From Octopus vulgaris (lineage: Eukaryota): DNA of 64,000 nt. The position numbers and the translations under genes were made by a program. Below, piece by piece: positions 50,221-62,674 of this stretch. The notes under the pieces were generated by a model, which ran no database searches, was not told the origin of the DNA, and worked only from the letters and a program-made list of their open reading frames with translations. Location: assembly GCA_951406725.2 (NCBI GenBank), contig OX597836.1:20708001-20772000 (forward strand), in the 5' to 3' direction. The stretch's first letter is position 1. The number at the start of each line of letters is the position of its first letter.

Positions 50221-50932
50221 TGTATGCATGTATGTGTGTGTGTGTGTGTGTGCATGTACATGTAACTAACCAAACCAAAGAGTGGTTTTGTCACAACAGT
50301 AAATACTATGAGAGGTGATGAGGCTGTTAACATAAAGGTCAACTCCCAGTTGACCTTTTATGCCAACAGTCTTGATCTAATTTCTTTATTATATGAGATT
50401 GTCCACCTTTTTTTTTTCACAACCTCAAGCTATGTCATATTTTCTTTCAGAAAAAAAATCTAGTGCAGTATTTCTTTTAAAATATATTAAAAGGAAAAGG
50501 GCAAGATGTGTAACGCTACCTGTGATTCACCCCAGAATGAGTCAATTGATTTTATGAATAGCTTGCTAATTACATTTATTTTATTTATTTATCCTTATTT
50601 ATTCGTTTTCTTCTTTTATTTAAGACAGTTTTTTTTCCCCTGAAGTTTTAATAAATTTATTTGGCATTTTTCAGTCAAGAAAGAAAAAAAGAGAAATTCT
50701 TAAAATTCAAGCTAGTTCGAAAATCATTAACAAAAGTTACATGTTTTGCTTCTAGTGAAGGTTATGTAGGTTACTATGGAAACTGATATCATACACTAAA
50801 CATAGATGGTACTATACACACACATATATACATGGTTCAAATATACAGAAAACATACACACTTTGGTAACTAATATCTTACACTAAACATAGATGGTATC
50901 ATACACACACACACACATATATATGATGTTTT

Positions 50933-50975
50933 CAAAGCGATGAATAGCTTTTTGCAGAAACCATGGTTCGCTTTG
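50933..50975 (+). ncRNA. Minimal type-I hammerhead-like motif, A3-U8 variant
   Basis: CAAAGCG-ATGAATA-GC-ttttt-GC-A-GAA-ACCATGGT-T-CGCTTTG: perfect 7-bp stem I and 8-nt palindromic stem III, but weak stem II. Confidence 0.6.
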
Positions 50976-51175
50976 TTTTCTTACATTATTATCATCTTAT
51001 AATCATCTCATAATAATGACTCTTATGACTAGCTCAGTCCATCTAATTGTATATATTTGTCGTTACCTGTCATAAAAAGCCTTTTTTTATTTGCAATGTG
51101 CATTTTCGTTGATTTTTTATATTTTACCCTTACATTTCCACGTGTATTTTACGTTTTCTTTTTGTAACATGTTTC

Positions 51176-51218
<43 letters not shown>

Positions 51219-51426
51219 AAAGCGGGACACTCAGTAACACTTCTTTAAAGTAATGGCTATTTGTGCAAAGTGGGAGTGTTGAACTCTCTATTTGAAAATA
51301 TAAGGACACAGATATTGTCGTATAGCCAGCTAGAAATGATGTTTCTTGGGGCTAAAACAACAGTAACATCATCCCTTCCAGGACAGCCACATTATGTTGG
51401 CAGATAGCTTCTACTATATATATATA

Positions 51427-51828
51427 TACTCTTTTACTTGTTTCAGTCATTTGACAGCAGCCATGCTGGAGCACCGCCTTTAATCAAGCAACTCGACCCT
51501 GGGACTTATTCTTTTGTAAGCCCAGTACTTATTCTATTGGTCTCTTTTGCCGAACTGCTAAGTGATGGGGACGTAAACACACCAGCATCGGTTGTCAAGC
51601 AATGCTAGGGGGACAAACACAGACACACAAACACACACACATACATATATATATATATACATATATACGACAGGCTTCTTTCAGTTTCCATCTACCAAAT
51701 CCACTCACAAGGCATTGGTCGGCCCGGGGCTATAGCAGAAGACACTTGCCCAAGATGCCATGCAGTGGGACTGAACCCGGAACCATGTGGTTGGTTAGCA
51801 AGCTACTTACCACACAGCCACTCCTGCG

Positions 51829-51831
<3 letters not shown>
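51427..51831 (-). mobile_element. SINE family 1, subtype B
   Basis: Subtype-B diagnostic positions throughout. Confidence 0.88.
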
Positions 51832-51889
<58 letters not shown>

Positions 51890-52539
51890 TTGTAATGAGA
51901 TAAAAAACCAAGGCTGTGTAGATTTTAGAACATTTATAGACAGAAGGTCTTACAGCTTTTTCCAGGATATTTATTATATCCTTTCACACACACACACATG
52001 TATATATGATACCATGATGTGAAGGCACCTGACTGAAAGGTTAGGGTGTTGTTCTCACAACTGCGAGATTGTGGTTTTGATTCCTAGGCTGAGTGTTATG
52101 TTGTGTTCTTTAGTCAAACACTTCATGTCATGTTGCATCACAATCATTTTGTCATCTGACCTGTTGCACGTCATGCATCTGTACAGGTAATGTCAATTTG
52201 ATGGAGAGAGTGAGTTTATGTGAAAACAAACATTTGATGCCTATAAGCAAATCAACTGTGTCATTGTTCAGCCAGAAATTGCAAAACCCTCATACATCAT
52301 CTAATGATAGGAGTGTCCGTGGTGTGTGCATTTTCTTTTTGAGTGCACAGCTTGATGGGGACAGCTAATGTATTTAATTGGGACTGTGGGTCCAGCCATA
52401 TGTACATTTTTCTGATAGGGGTGGGTATGGGAGAAGAATCATGTAGTACACAGCATTAAGATTTGTTTAAGTGTGATTAATGTAGTCATACTACAGCAGA
52501 ATGATATTAGGGATAAACCTTTAATTTCAAGAATTTTAA

Positions 52540-53066
52540 CCCTTTAACATTTAGACCCGCCACATCTGGTTAAAATATTCTACCTGGTTTATCTTCCAAC
52601 TGGTCAAATCTCGCCTGTTACATCTAGCCTACAGTATCATTTTAAAAATAAACAATCACATTATTGGAATCTCAAAGATTTGAAATAAAGCATGATTTAT
52701 TTAAAATGGTGATGATGGTAATGATCATTCGAGCGTGATTGTTACCAGCGTCGCCTTACTGGAACTTGTGCCGGTGGCATGTGTAAAAACATTTGAGCGA
52801 GGTCATTGCCAGTACCGCCTGAATGGCCCCCATGCCGGTGGCATGTAAAAGCACCCACTACACTCTTGGAGTGGTTGGCATTAGGAAGGCCATCCAGCTG
52901 TAGAAACTCTGCCAAATCAAGATTGGAGCCTGGTGCAGCCATCTGGTTCACCAGCCCTCAGTCAAATCGTCCAACCCATGCTAGCATGGAAAGCAGAGAT
53001 GAAACGATGATGATGATGTGAATACATAAGTATTACATTTGACAGACTAATCTGAATGCTAAAGGG
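52540..53066 (+). mobile_element. piggyBac-type MITE P2 interrupted by a family-3 insertion (about 52707-53017)
   Basis: TTAA-CCCTTTAACATT ... AATGCTAAAGGG-TTGA, with a family-3 sequence and (GAT)n tail inside. Confidence 0.75.
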
Positions 53067-54459
53067 TTGATATGATAGTCATTATGGCAAAGTAAAGGCA
53101 AATGAATCAGTATTTTCTTATGGATAACTGTAGTTCTTTCTGTAAAAAACAGTAGATAACTCATAGTAGGAGTGCTAAGTGCATAACAATGACTATAATT
53201 TTCAACAATGTTTCCCTTCTATGACAGCACATCTTTCATTTTAAAGGTAGCATAGAATCATTTGAGGAAAATATGGTTGTTATTTCTATCAGGTCATGTG
53301 GCAAAGTAGAAATTTCCTTGTTAACTTATTTGCAACTGTTGCTGTTGTTGTCACTGTTTAACCCCAGGTCTGTTCTGATTGAGTAGGCCTATAATCAAGT
53401 ATTCCAGACATGACAATCCTGTCTCCCCTCCACCAGACATCAGACAGAGTGGATCTATGACAAGAAGCAGATTTAGCTGCTATTTCTTGCTGATTGAGCA
53501 ACCACATAGAAGGCTCCCCTTCTATGTCCTGTTGATTCTCATCATTATCTCAGTGATTCCTCATCATTACTAGGTTGACTGACTGTGGCTTACCATAAAA
53601 CTTAAGCAGAATCTAATTGTTTATTAATGAAATTGAATTTTCACTCTGAGACAAAATAAAACAAAAAAAAGATAAAAATAAAAATTACAATCCAGTAATT
53701 AGTCCAATCAATCATTTCACTCAAGACTTTCTCAATCAAATAGTCACACTACATCAAGAAACATACAGAAATCTTCAGTCAATAAATAATTAAAAATATA
53801 AATTAAAAAATTTAGGTCAGTGATTTGAAAAAGGTATTTGGGAAGCAAATTGAATTTATCTATAGAAAAAGTAAAATAAATAAATCTATTGAAACTGGAA
53901 TATTTTAAAAATTAGGTTTTCCAACATTATTGATGATTGATTATATAAAATATTGGATTTTCAGACAATAGTTATGGCTCAGCATTTCAAACTATGGCTG
54001 CTACCATTCATTATATATCTCTTATAGGCTAAGGCATGGTTGTGTTGTTAAGATTCTCACTTTGCAACCCTGTGGTTTTGGGATCAATCCCACTGTGTGG
54101 CATTTTGGACAAGTGTATTCTACTACCGCCTTGGACCAACCAATGTCTTGTGAGTCAATTTGGTAATTGGAAACTGTGCAGAAGCCCATTTGTACATAGA
54201 TGCATATATATCATCATCATCATTTAATGTCTGCTTTCCATGCCAGTATAAGGCTGGATGTTTCAACAGGGGCTGGAGAGTCGGAGAGCTACATCAGACC
54301 CCAATTGTCTGTATCGGCATGGTTTCTACAGCTGGACACCCTTCTTAATGCCAACCACTTTACAGAGTGTACTGGGTGCCTTTTACATAATGTGTATGTT
54401 TTACATAATGTGCGTGTGCCCTTTCCATCATCACTTGACAACTGGTTTGGTTTGTTTAA

Positions 54460-54679
54460 CCCTTTAGCATTCAAACTGGCCATATCCGGCCAAAATATTT
54501 AACCTGTTTTATATTGAAACTGACCAGATCTCGCCTCTCACCTCAGCCCTACCATGTCATTCTAAAACTAAAAAATCACATCACTGAAATCTCTAAACTA
54601 AAAGATAATGCATGATTAATTCAAAACAATATAAACAAACAAATATCACATTTGACAGAATAATCTGAACACAAAAGGG
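54460..54679 (+). mobile_element. piggyBac-type MITE P2 (220 bp) inside a decayed family-1 SINE
   Basis: TTAA flanks at 54456-54459 and 54680-54683, and CCCTTTAGCATTCA / TGAACACAAAAGGG ends. Confidence 0.8.
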
Positions 54680-55505
54680 TTAAATCAGCAAAAAAGACCA
54701 ACAGAATTAGTACCAAATTAAAAACAGTAAATACTGGTACAGATTTGTTTCACTAAACTTTTTCAATGACAGAAACAATAAATAGATAAAAGATCTAAAA
54801 AGAAAAACAGAAAGAAAAATGTTAAATGAATTGAATAAGTCTTTTTAGCAGTTTCTTTTCCAATATGTACATTGTGAGTGGATTTGGAAAACAGAAACTG
54901 AGAGAAGCCTGTCGTATATATATATATATATATATGTATATATTAATGTGTGCCTGTGTTCACTGATTCTTGATCTCTCACCAAATATTTGGTGGCCTTA
55001 CTAGCTGATGTCAGAAAAACCAGCACAATAAAAAAACTTAGCTGTGTGTGGGTCAAGGAAGGCATAGAGGCCTTTAGTATTTAGGTATGGCACATGAAGA
55101 GGAATAAGATCGTTCAACACAGAAACTTGCAGTAGCAGCAGATTAAAGACTCTTAATGGATATCTGACCTGTCAGAGCAGTGAAACTGGCATTTTCCTGT
55201 CTTAAAAACAACAGGTGCACGTTGGATAGTGTAATCTTAGATACCATCTGAAACGACACACATTTAAGTGCCATTGATGATAAGCTAGGCCAATCAGGGT
55301 TGACCAGGAGGTAAACAGTCAATCAGCAATAACAAATACTTCTCTAAACCAAACTTATTCTCTTTATTGAATAAACCAAGAATTCTCTAGCAAATATTCC
55401 AGCAATCGATTTGGCTTGGGAATTGAATACAAAGTTCTGCTGAATCAAGAAAAATTGCCTACTTTATATATACACACACACTCATATACACCTAAGTATA
55501 TATAG

Positions 55506-55537
<32 letters not shown>

Positions 55538-55663
55538 CCATACATAAATACAGAAACAACAAACTTCGAAAAGTGGGCCTTAAAACGATAACGAGGATAT
55601 AATTTCAATAACTTTGGTTTTGGCCATTATTAGCCCAGACCATGTCTAACTTAATACATACAA

Positions 55664-55714
<51 letters not shown>

Positions 55715-57011
55715 TCTATATACAAAGACAAACTTCTATATTTATAATATACACAGACACACAATCAATATACATATACACATATATATACACACATGTC
55801 TATATATGATATCACATACACACATCTATATACATATATGTATGGAATTGAGTAACGTAATGTAATTCGTTGTGTATGTATGTATATAATTTCTGAAATA
55901 TTCTTAGTCAAAATACATTTTCGGGATGGGTGAATGAATGGATGAGTGTGTGGGCGAAGATCCCTCTCCCTACCCACTTCCTTACTTTTCCTTTTTTTTA
56001 TTTATTTCTTTTTTTTTTTGATTTTTCAAAATCTTTCAAAAAATTTGCATTAAAAAATACAGAATAAGTTAAAAATGAAAGACAAAAAGGAAATAAAAAA
56101 ATTCATCCATTTCTTAAAAATTTGCAAACATAAATCAATAAATTATTTGCTGGCTGGTGACTAAAAATGCTGTAGGCTGTGAGAAACAACTACATTATGA
56201 CTATTGACTAAACAAGCAGAAGAGATCACACAGAATATTATAGATATTCCAAGAGGAAACTTTCCTCTGATGAGGCTTAGAGTAAATATGGCTTTTGTGG
56301 TATTTTTTGCTTTGTTTGTACAGGCTTTTGTTACACTATTTTTGCTCATTTTCTTCTCTCTCTTTTTAAAAAAATTCTTTCTTCCTTTCTAACTCTCTGT
56401 CTCTTTTCTGAAATGGTTTTTACATGAGGGGGGAAAAAAAAATGGGTGACTTGTATCCTACTAGCCTCACTGAAAATAACCAAAGTAGATATCAGCCATC
56501 ACAGTTAATCATTTCATAAGTACTACCTTCTGCTATATTTGTAAGTACTATCCTCATTTATGCACACACACATAAAAGGGGGGGGAAAAAAAGACCCTTC
56601 CTTTAACAACCCCCATAATACTTAAGCTTATGAAAGAAATAAAAAGAAAAAAAGGAGAAAAAAGATTCTATTAGGAAGATCAATACATGCACAAGTTTTA
56701 GGAAATGCACAGAAAGTAATTTTATTTTATTCAGGTGTTGTATATATAGGATAGCCAAAAGAATAGAAAATTTAAAATGAGGGTATTGTTATTGTTGTTT
56801 AGCTAAAATCTGAGCCTGATTGAGCAAGCATATATTCAAAAGTGTTCCAGTCATGCTCATCCTGTGTTTTTATATATCAGAGATTATATTGTCTAATGTA
56901 TACTTAAGTAGGGTGTAAATTGAGGGAGATTTAGCAGCAATTTCTAACAATCAACGCAACTACATAGAGGCTCTCCTCACTGGATCCATTTTGTATCATG
57001 GTCTTTGGTCT

Positions 57012-57235
57012 GAACTGGCAGAATCGTTAGCATGCCAGGTGAAATGCTTAGCGGTATTTCGTCTGCCGTTACATTCTGAGTTCAAATTCCGCCGAGGTCG
57101 ACTTAGCCTTTCATCCTTTCGGGTTCGATAAATTAAGTACCAGTTACACACTGGGGTCGATATAATCGACTTAATCCATCTGTCTGTCCTTGTTTGTCTC
57201 CTCTATGTTTAGCCCATTGTGGGCAATAAAGAAAT
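57012..57235 (+). mobile_element. SINE family 2
   Basis: Homology to 36213-36438. Confidence 0.85.
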
Positions 57236-57876
57236 ATTTATATATTTTAGCACTTGAGCTATTGCAGTTATTAAGTATTCCACTTGAGTTGGGACAGGAG
57301 ACTGCCATGCCTGCATATGTGAATGTTGTTGTTGTTATGGTATCAGATTCATCAGAAATTAAATGAGCAGCAATATTCTAGAAAAGTACCAATTCAGAGC
57401 AAATTGGTGGGATTGCAATCCAACACCAGAAGAAGCAAGACCAATAAGGGTCTCTTGTCACTGGATCTTTTTTCAGTGAAGTTGAAGCTTAGCTCTGGCA
57501 TGGATCAAGGCCATTTGGTATCTGAAATGCTGCCAGGTACTCATGGCATTCTACCAGTTGGTTGGTAGAACATCAAATCTTGCACTCTATAATGAGTTGA
57601 GGGTGTGAATGATGATTGCATAGGAACTATTCATGACAACAGAAGTTAATATGGGAGATCACGACCAGAGACTTCAAGGTCAGTATTTTTGAGCTGTATT
57701 CTTCACCTGGTTGTCGTGGTGGTGGTACAAGTGGGGTGGTGGCTTAGCTTGTTTTGGATTAACTTCACAGGCGAAGCCATGTTGGAGATATCAGCAATAT
57801 AACTTGTTCAAATGTGCCCAGGTTCACAAAACAGTTTTGACAGGCCTTTTCCTTCACTCATGTCCTTGATCACCTT

Positions 57877-58195
57877 AGCTACTATCTATGTAGCTATCTA
57901 TTCACTCAGTCGAAGTTGACTCTCGGTCACTCGTTGGATCAGTGTCCTCCAGTCAGTTCTATCCTGGGCCGCTTCTTTCAGATTGGCTATGTCCACTCCG
58001 GTATCACTCTTGATGGTGTCAAGCCAGTGGGTTCTTGGTCGGCCTCTTCCTCTCTTGCCACTGACCATTCCGAGCATGATGTCCTTCTCCAGGGATTTTC
58101 TCCGCATAATATGACCGAAATATGCCAATCTATGCTTGGTGATCCTAGCTTCTAGCGACATTTTCAGCCTGATCTGCTTAAGAACTTCTCTATTA
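57877..58195 (-). mobile_element. RTE-clade LINE 3' end
   Basis: Reads SLEARITKHRLAYFGHIMRRKSLEKDIMLGMVSGKRGRGRPRTHWLDTIKSD...AAQDRTDWR, the typical RTE ORF C-terminus, followed by a short-repeat tail. Confidence 0.9.
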
Positions 58196-58873
58196 GCTAT
58201 TAGGCTGCTGTCAAATTGAACTGCTAGTCACTCTGTAGAGTCAGCAGAAAGTAGCCCCTCTTTATTCCATGCATTCTCTACACTCAGCAGCCACTCATAA
58301 TAACACTTCCATGCCACTTTCTAGTCTTTCATATTGATGGTGAGTATGCCTTCATCATTCTGCATAAACTTCTCACCAATGACATCTCAGTTCACCTCAT
58401 GCCTCCGATCCTTATGCTGCAAGACATGTGCAAATTTTTCTCTCCTTCACCTTTGGTCAAACATACCTGTTGCCATGCTGCTCTCCAAACCATTTGGTAA
58501 CACTACCACACAACACACACTAGATGTTTTATGGCATGTAATTTAGCAGTTAACCATTTATTGGCTCATTTTCTTTTTTTTTTCTTTCTTTTTGTTTTGC
58601 ATCATATATTATCTGTTACTTTGACATCATGGTTGAGTTGGTGGTTTAAGTTATATAAAGAACAAAATACTTCATTCCAGCTATAAAATGTCTACTCAGA
58701 AAATTCAGATAAATTTATAAATCCCCCTTTTATCTACCCTGGCAATGCTTCACCCCATCTGCTCCCATAATACCTTCACCTATACCTTCACTTTCCTGTT
58801 GACCTATGCATGCATGCATAAAGAAACAACTAGAAAATAGTGAATAATAAACATACACACATTCATATAAATA

Positions 58874-58910
<37 letters not shown>

Positions 58911-59477
58911 GAAAGGCAAAATATGAATAAATTACTGTGAAATACAATAATAACATCAAAGGAGAGAAATACTAAAGGTAGTTTCATAAACAACTTGAAA
59001 GAAATGAAAATATTAATTCACACACACACTTCCCATATATGTATGTTTATATCTATGTTCTAAGATGCTTACAGTATGTGTGTATATGTGCGTGCATGCG
59101 TGCATGCATAAAAGAGACACAAATAGATAATGAGGGACACTATATGTATATGCATGTGTTTTTCAATACATATGTATAAAAAAAGAGATAATGATAAATG
59201 GTGAAAGAGATATCAGGCTCTGGGATAAGTACATTTTATTTGTAAACATCTGTTTCACATAGGACAGATATATGGAAAACTGAAATACACACACACACAC
59301 ATGCAAATGTCATTTTTCAAGAAGCTCAAAAGACTTATTTTCAAACTTCTCAACAAACTTCAAACAAGCTAAACATACACATACAACACAACACACACAT
59401 TGTTTTCGTATGGAGACAAGCATATATGTGTGGTAAAAAAAGTTTGCTTTGCATCCATAGGTTCAAACTCACTTTAA

Positions 59478-59697
59478 CCCTTTCGTTACTGTATTTATTT
59501 TGAGATGCTCATTGTTTCTTTCAATTACTTCAAATATAACAAAGAATTTAGTAAAATAACTTGGTTATCATTAAGCTAGTGTTAGGAACATAAAGTGTGA
59601 CTAAGGTTTGGTGGAAGATTTTAATTCAAAACTTATGGAAACAAAACATTTGTACTCGGAGCCAGAGCCGGTTTCAGCTGGGTTGGTAACGAAAGGG
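59478..59697 (+). mobile_element. piggyBac-type MITE P1 (220 bp)
   Basis: Perfect 12-bp TIR CCCTTTCGTTAC / GTAACGAAAGGG with TTAA TSD. Confidence 0.9.
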
Positions 59698-61427
59698 TTA
59701 AACAATTGTCTTCTACCATGCGATACGAAATGAGAACCAGCACATTCAAACTGAAAATGTTCCACTGGTATTTATGCCAAGATGAATTATCTCCATCTGG
59801 AAAGCCCTCCTTTCCCATGTTCTTCCTGCAACATTAGATAGTTGTTTTAGATAGCCCTGGGTCGAGTCCCTTTCACCAGCAAAACCAATGGCACATATTT
59901 TAATTCTCAACACAATCATACACATTCAACTCAAATAATTACAACACATGGTATCTATTTAATCTATCAAGATTCCATGAAGAGTATTTACCATGATTTT
60001 TGGCTACTCTGTAGATGTCAACCCCAAATGCTAGTCATAAATCTTTAAATACAACAAAGTATTAATTTCATTTCACTTTTATTCCAATTACATCCACGCT
60101 CCCGACCTGTTTGTTGGTCTGTCCATCAATGTTCTGTAGAATCTGTCACTAACATAAATATCGGTAGTTCCAGTTCTTTGGAGCTACAAGATCTAATGCG
60201 AATATAAACAGATTGGATATTTGTTTCCCTGTGATTTCGTCAACAGATATAGACACCTCTGATGATGAAACCTCAATAAGGGTTGGAAAGTGATTATGGT
60301 AGGTCACTTTTTTTATCTATAGAGAAATAGGTAAATTCAATATTTGTATGTCACCTATGTATGTTTATATGTGTGTGGGGGGTGTATATGTGTACACACA
60401 CACACACACAGAGGCAAGTTTCATACCACACAGCCACACACACCTGTACAAACATACATAGATTTATCAGTCTTGGTTCCCAGCATTTGATTAATTAGTC
60501 AAATGTCTAAGTCAACTTCTTAATTTCATCACCATCAACAACAACAACAACATTCTTATTATTATTATTATCATTATTAATATTCTTATTTCTGTGTTTA
60601 GCACTAACTAGAGACTTAATGAAAGAGAATGGCTGACCACCAATTCTGAATCTTAATTGGCATCGGTGCTAGAACTGTACAAAAGAAAAATCTGTATTTC
60701 CAGGCAGCCAACCAACCTGATAGCATCATACGGTTTTATATCATCACTCATCTTCCTCCCACATCATTCTTTCTATTCTTATCCCTCTACCCCACTCCGT
60801 TACCTTTCTTCCTTGTTAGGCGGAATTTTCACAAAGTGATCAAAATTAACTCCAACTTAGACTCTCCCCTTCCAACACTGTGCTTCTCCACGAGACCAAC
60901 CCCCCAACAACCTTGCCCTGCCCCACTCACTAACCTGCTGTTCGCTCTATTTTACGACTTCATTCATTACTAAGCTAATCAACTGATCTCTAAAATGGCT
61001 TAATAATAATTGCTCATTCTCATTGTTGTTAGTCACTGCTGGAAAGTAAACCAATCAGTAGAATCTGTTCTATTTAGCAATTCTTATTTTTAAATCTAAT
61101 TTCATTTCATTTGTCTTGTTCCTATTATTGTTGCTACTATTTTGTTATTTTTCTTCTTCCACATCCCTAACCAATAACAGAAAAAAAAAGAAGCAAAAAA
61201 AAGAAGAATGGATAAAAAAAGACACATTTACCTTCTATGATTCCGGAAGATTTAAGAACTATTGAATTACTTTTATCTTCATGTATTTCTTTATTTAGTT
61301 AGCTACACTCCACCCCTGCTGTTCCATATCTATTGCCCTACATCCGACTGCTAGCAATACCTGTGGTTTGTAGTCAATATCTCAAAAAGTTGTGATAGCA
61401 GAGAAGTAGCAACATGTAGAGCATTTC

Positions 61428-61812
61428 TGGCTGTGTGGTAAGTAGCTTGTTTACCAACCACATGGTTCCGGGTTCAGTCCCACTGCGTGGCACCTTGGGC
61501 AAGTGTCTTCTACTATAGCCTCGAGCCGACCAAAGCCTTGTGAGTGGATTTGGTAGACGGAAACTGAAAGAAGCCTGTCGTATATATGTATATATATGTG
61601 TGTGCGTGTATGTTTGTATGTCTGTGTTTGTCCCCCTAGCATTGCTTGACAACCGATGCTGGTGTGTTTATGTCCCCATCACTTAGTGGTTCGGCAAAAG
61701 AGACCGATAGAATAAGTACTGGGCTTACAAAGAATAAGTCCCGGGGTCGAGTTGCTCGATTAAAGGCAGTGCTCCAGCATGGCCGCAGTCAAAATGACTG
61801 AAACAAGTAAAA
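61428..61812 (+). mobile_element. SINE family 1, A/B mosaic
   Basis: The 5' half carries subtype-A diagnostics and the 3' half carries subtype-B diagnostics. Confidence 0.85.
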
Positions 61813-62155
61813 AGAAAAAGAAAAGAAAGAATCTACTTCCATCCATCTAGATTCTGAGTTCAAGTGACACTAGAGTAAACAGATAAAAATACTTTGTGGT
61901 ATTTTCCTTGGTTACATCCCTGTATGTTCTCAGCCTCCCCCCACCCCCGTTTATCTCTCTCTGCTCTGAGATGGACAAAACAAGCATCAGCTGGTGAAAT
62001 AATTGTTAGCCAAGTACAAAGGACTTTTAGGATTGTCACTTGACAAGCTAGAAATGACAGCCACTAAATTTCCCACAAATTTAACTCATCACAGGCAGAA
62101 ATCCATTAACTAAAAATCTGCTTGGTCAGAGCTAACTTGGGGCAAAACAATAATA

Positions 62156-62372
62156 CTGGGTGGCCCAAAAGTAGGTTTACAGTTGTCACATCGGCACTTT
62201 AAAATTTCTCTTAAAACATTTCATTACATTTAAATTTCTATCTTATAAACCGAAAAGGGAGCTTGACAAAATTAGCTAAATTAGCATTTCATATTTTTTG
62301 TAATTAAGATCTAAACTGTTAATATATGAATGCAAAAGAGATAGTTGAATAACTGTAAACCTACTTTTGGGC
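62156..62372. mobile_element. Tc1/mariner-type MITE
   Basis: TA-CTGGGTGG start and a perfect 22-bp inverted repeat GCCCAAAAGTAGGTTTACAGTT (62163-62184 / 62351-62372). Confidence 0.8.
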
Positions 62373-62466
62373 AACTGTCTTCTACTACTTTGGGCTGACC
62401 AAAGACTTGTAAGTGGATTTGGTAGATGGAAACTGAAAGAAGCTAATCTTTGTTAGCCCCCCCCCC

Positions 62467-62502
<36 letters not shown>

Positions 62503-62636
62503 CGCTTGACAACCGGCAAAAGAGATTGATAGAATAAATAACGGGAAGGTTTACGAAAATAAACAAAAGACGAAGGCAGGTGGAGTACAAACAAACAATG
62601 TATTAGTATGGCACTCAGGAATAGAAATAAAACAAG

Positions 62637-62674
62637 TCTTTTACGTTTCGAGCCTACGCTCTTCGACAGAAAGA
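62637..62674 (-). ncRNA. Minimal type-I hammerhead-like motif (A6U core) in a Penelope-like insert within a family-1 SINE
   Basis: Minus strand TCTTT-CTGTCGA-A-GAGC-gtag-GCTC-GAA-ACGT-A-AAAGA. All stems are perfect and the cleavage triplet is GUA. Confidence 0.68.

Noticed and set aside
50773-50930. Diverged tandem pair of about 87 bp (and a similar pair near 49030/49340)
   Set aside because: These are ordinary old local duplications with no further structure.
55592-55647. Minus-strand CTAATAA...GAA-ATTATAT-C motif between TA tracts
   Set aside because: Too many core changes and weak stems to distinguish it from chance.
4130-55977. Many ORFs rich in YI/CV/HT/LS dipeptides
   Set aside because: They are translations of (TA)n, (CA)n and (GA)n microsatellites, not genes.
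60252-60307. CTGATGA...GAAA hammerhead-like string
   Set aside because: Stem III and the UH site do not fall in register with stem I. At best it is a heavily decayed copy.
1545-61652. Recurrent ORFs such as 'RLPNPLTR..ARGYSRRHLPK' and 'FLQLDALPNANHS'
   Set aside because: They are incidental frames of SINE and retroposon copies with no conserved start or stop.
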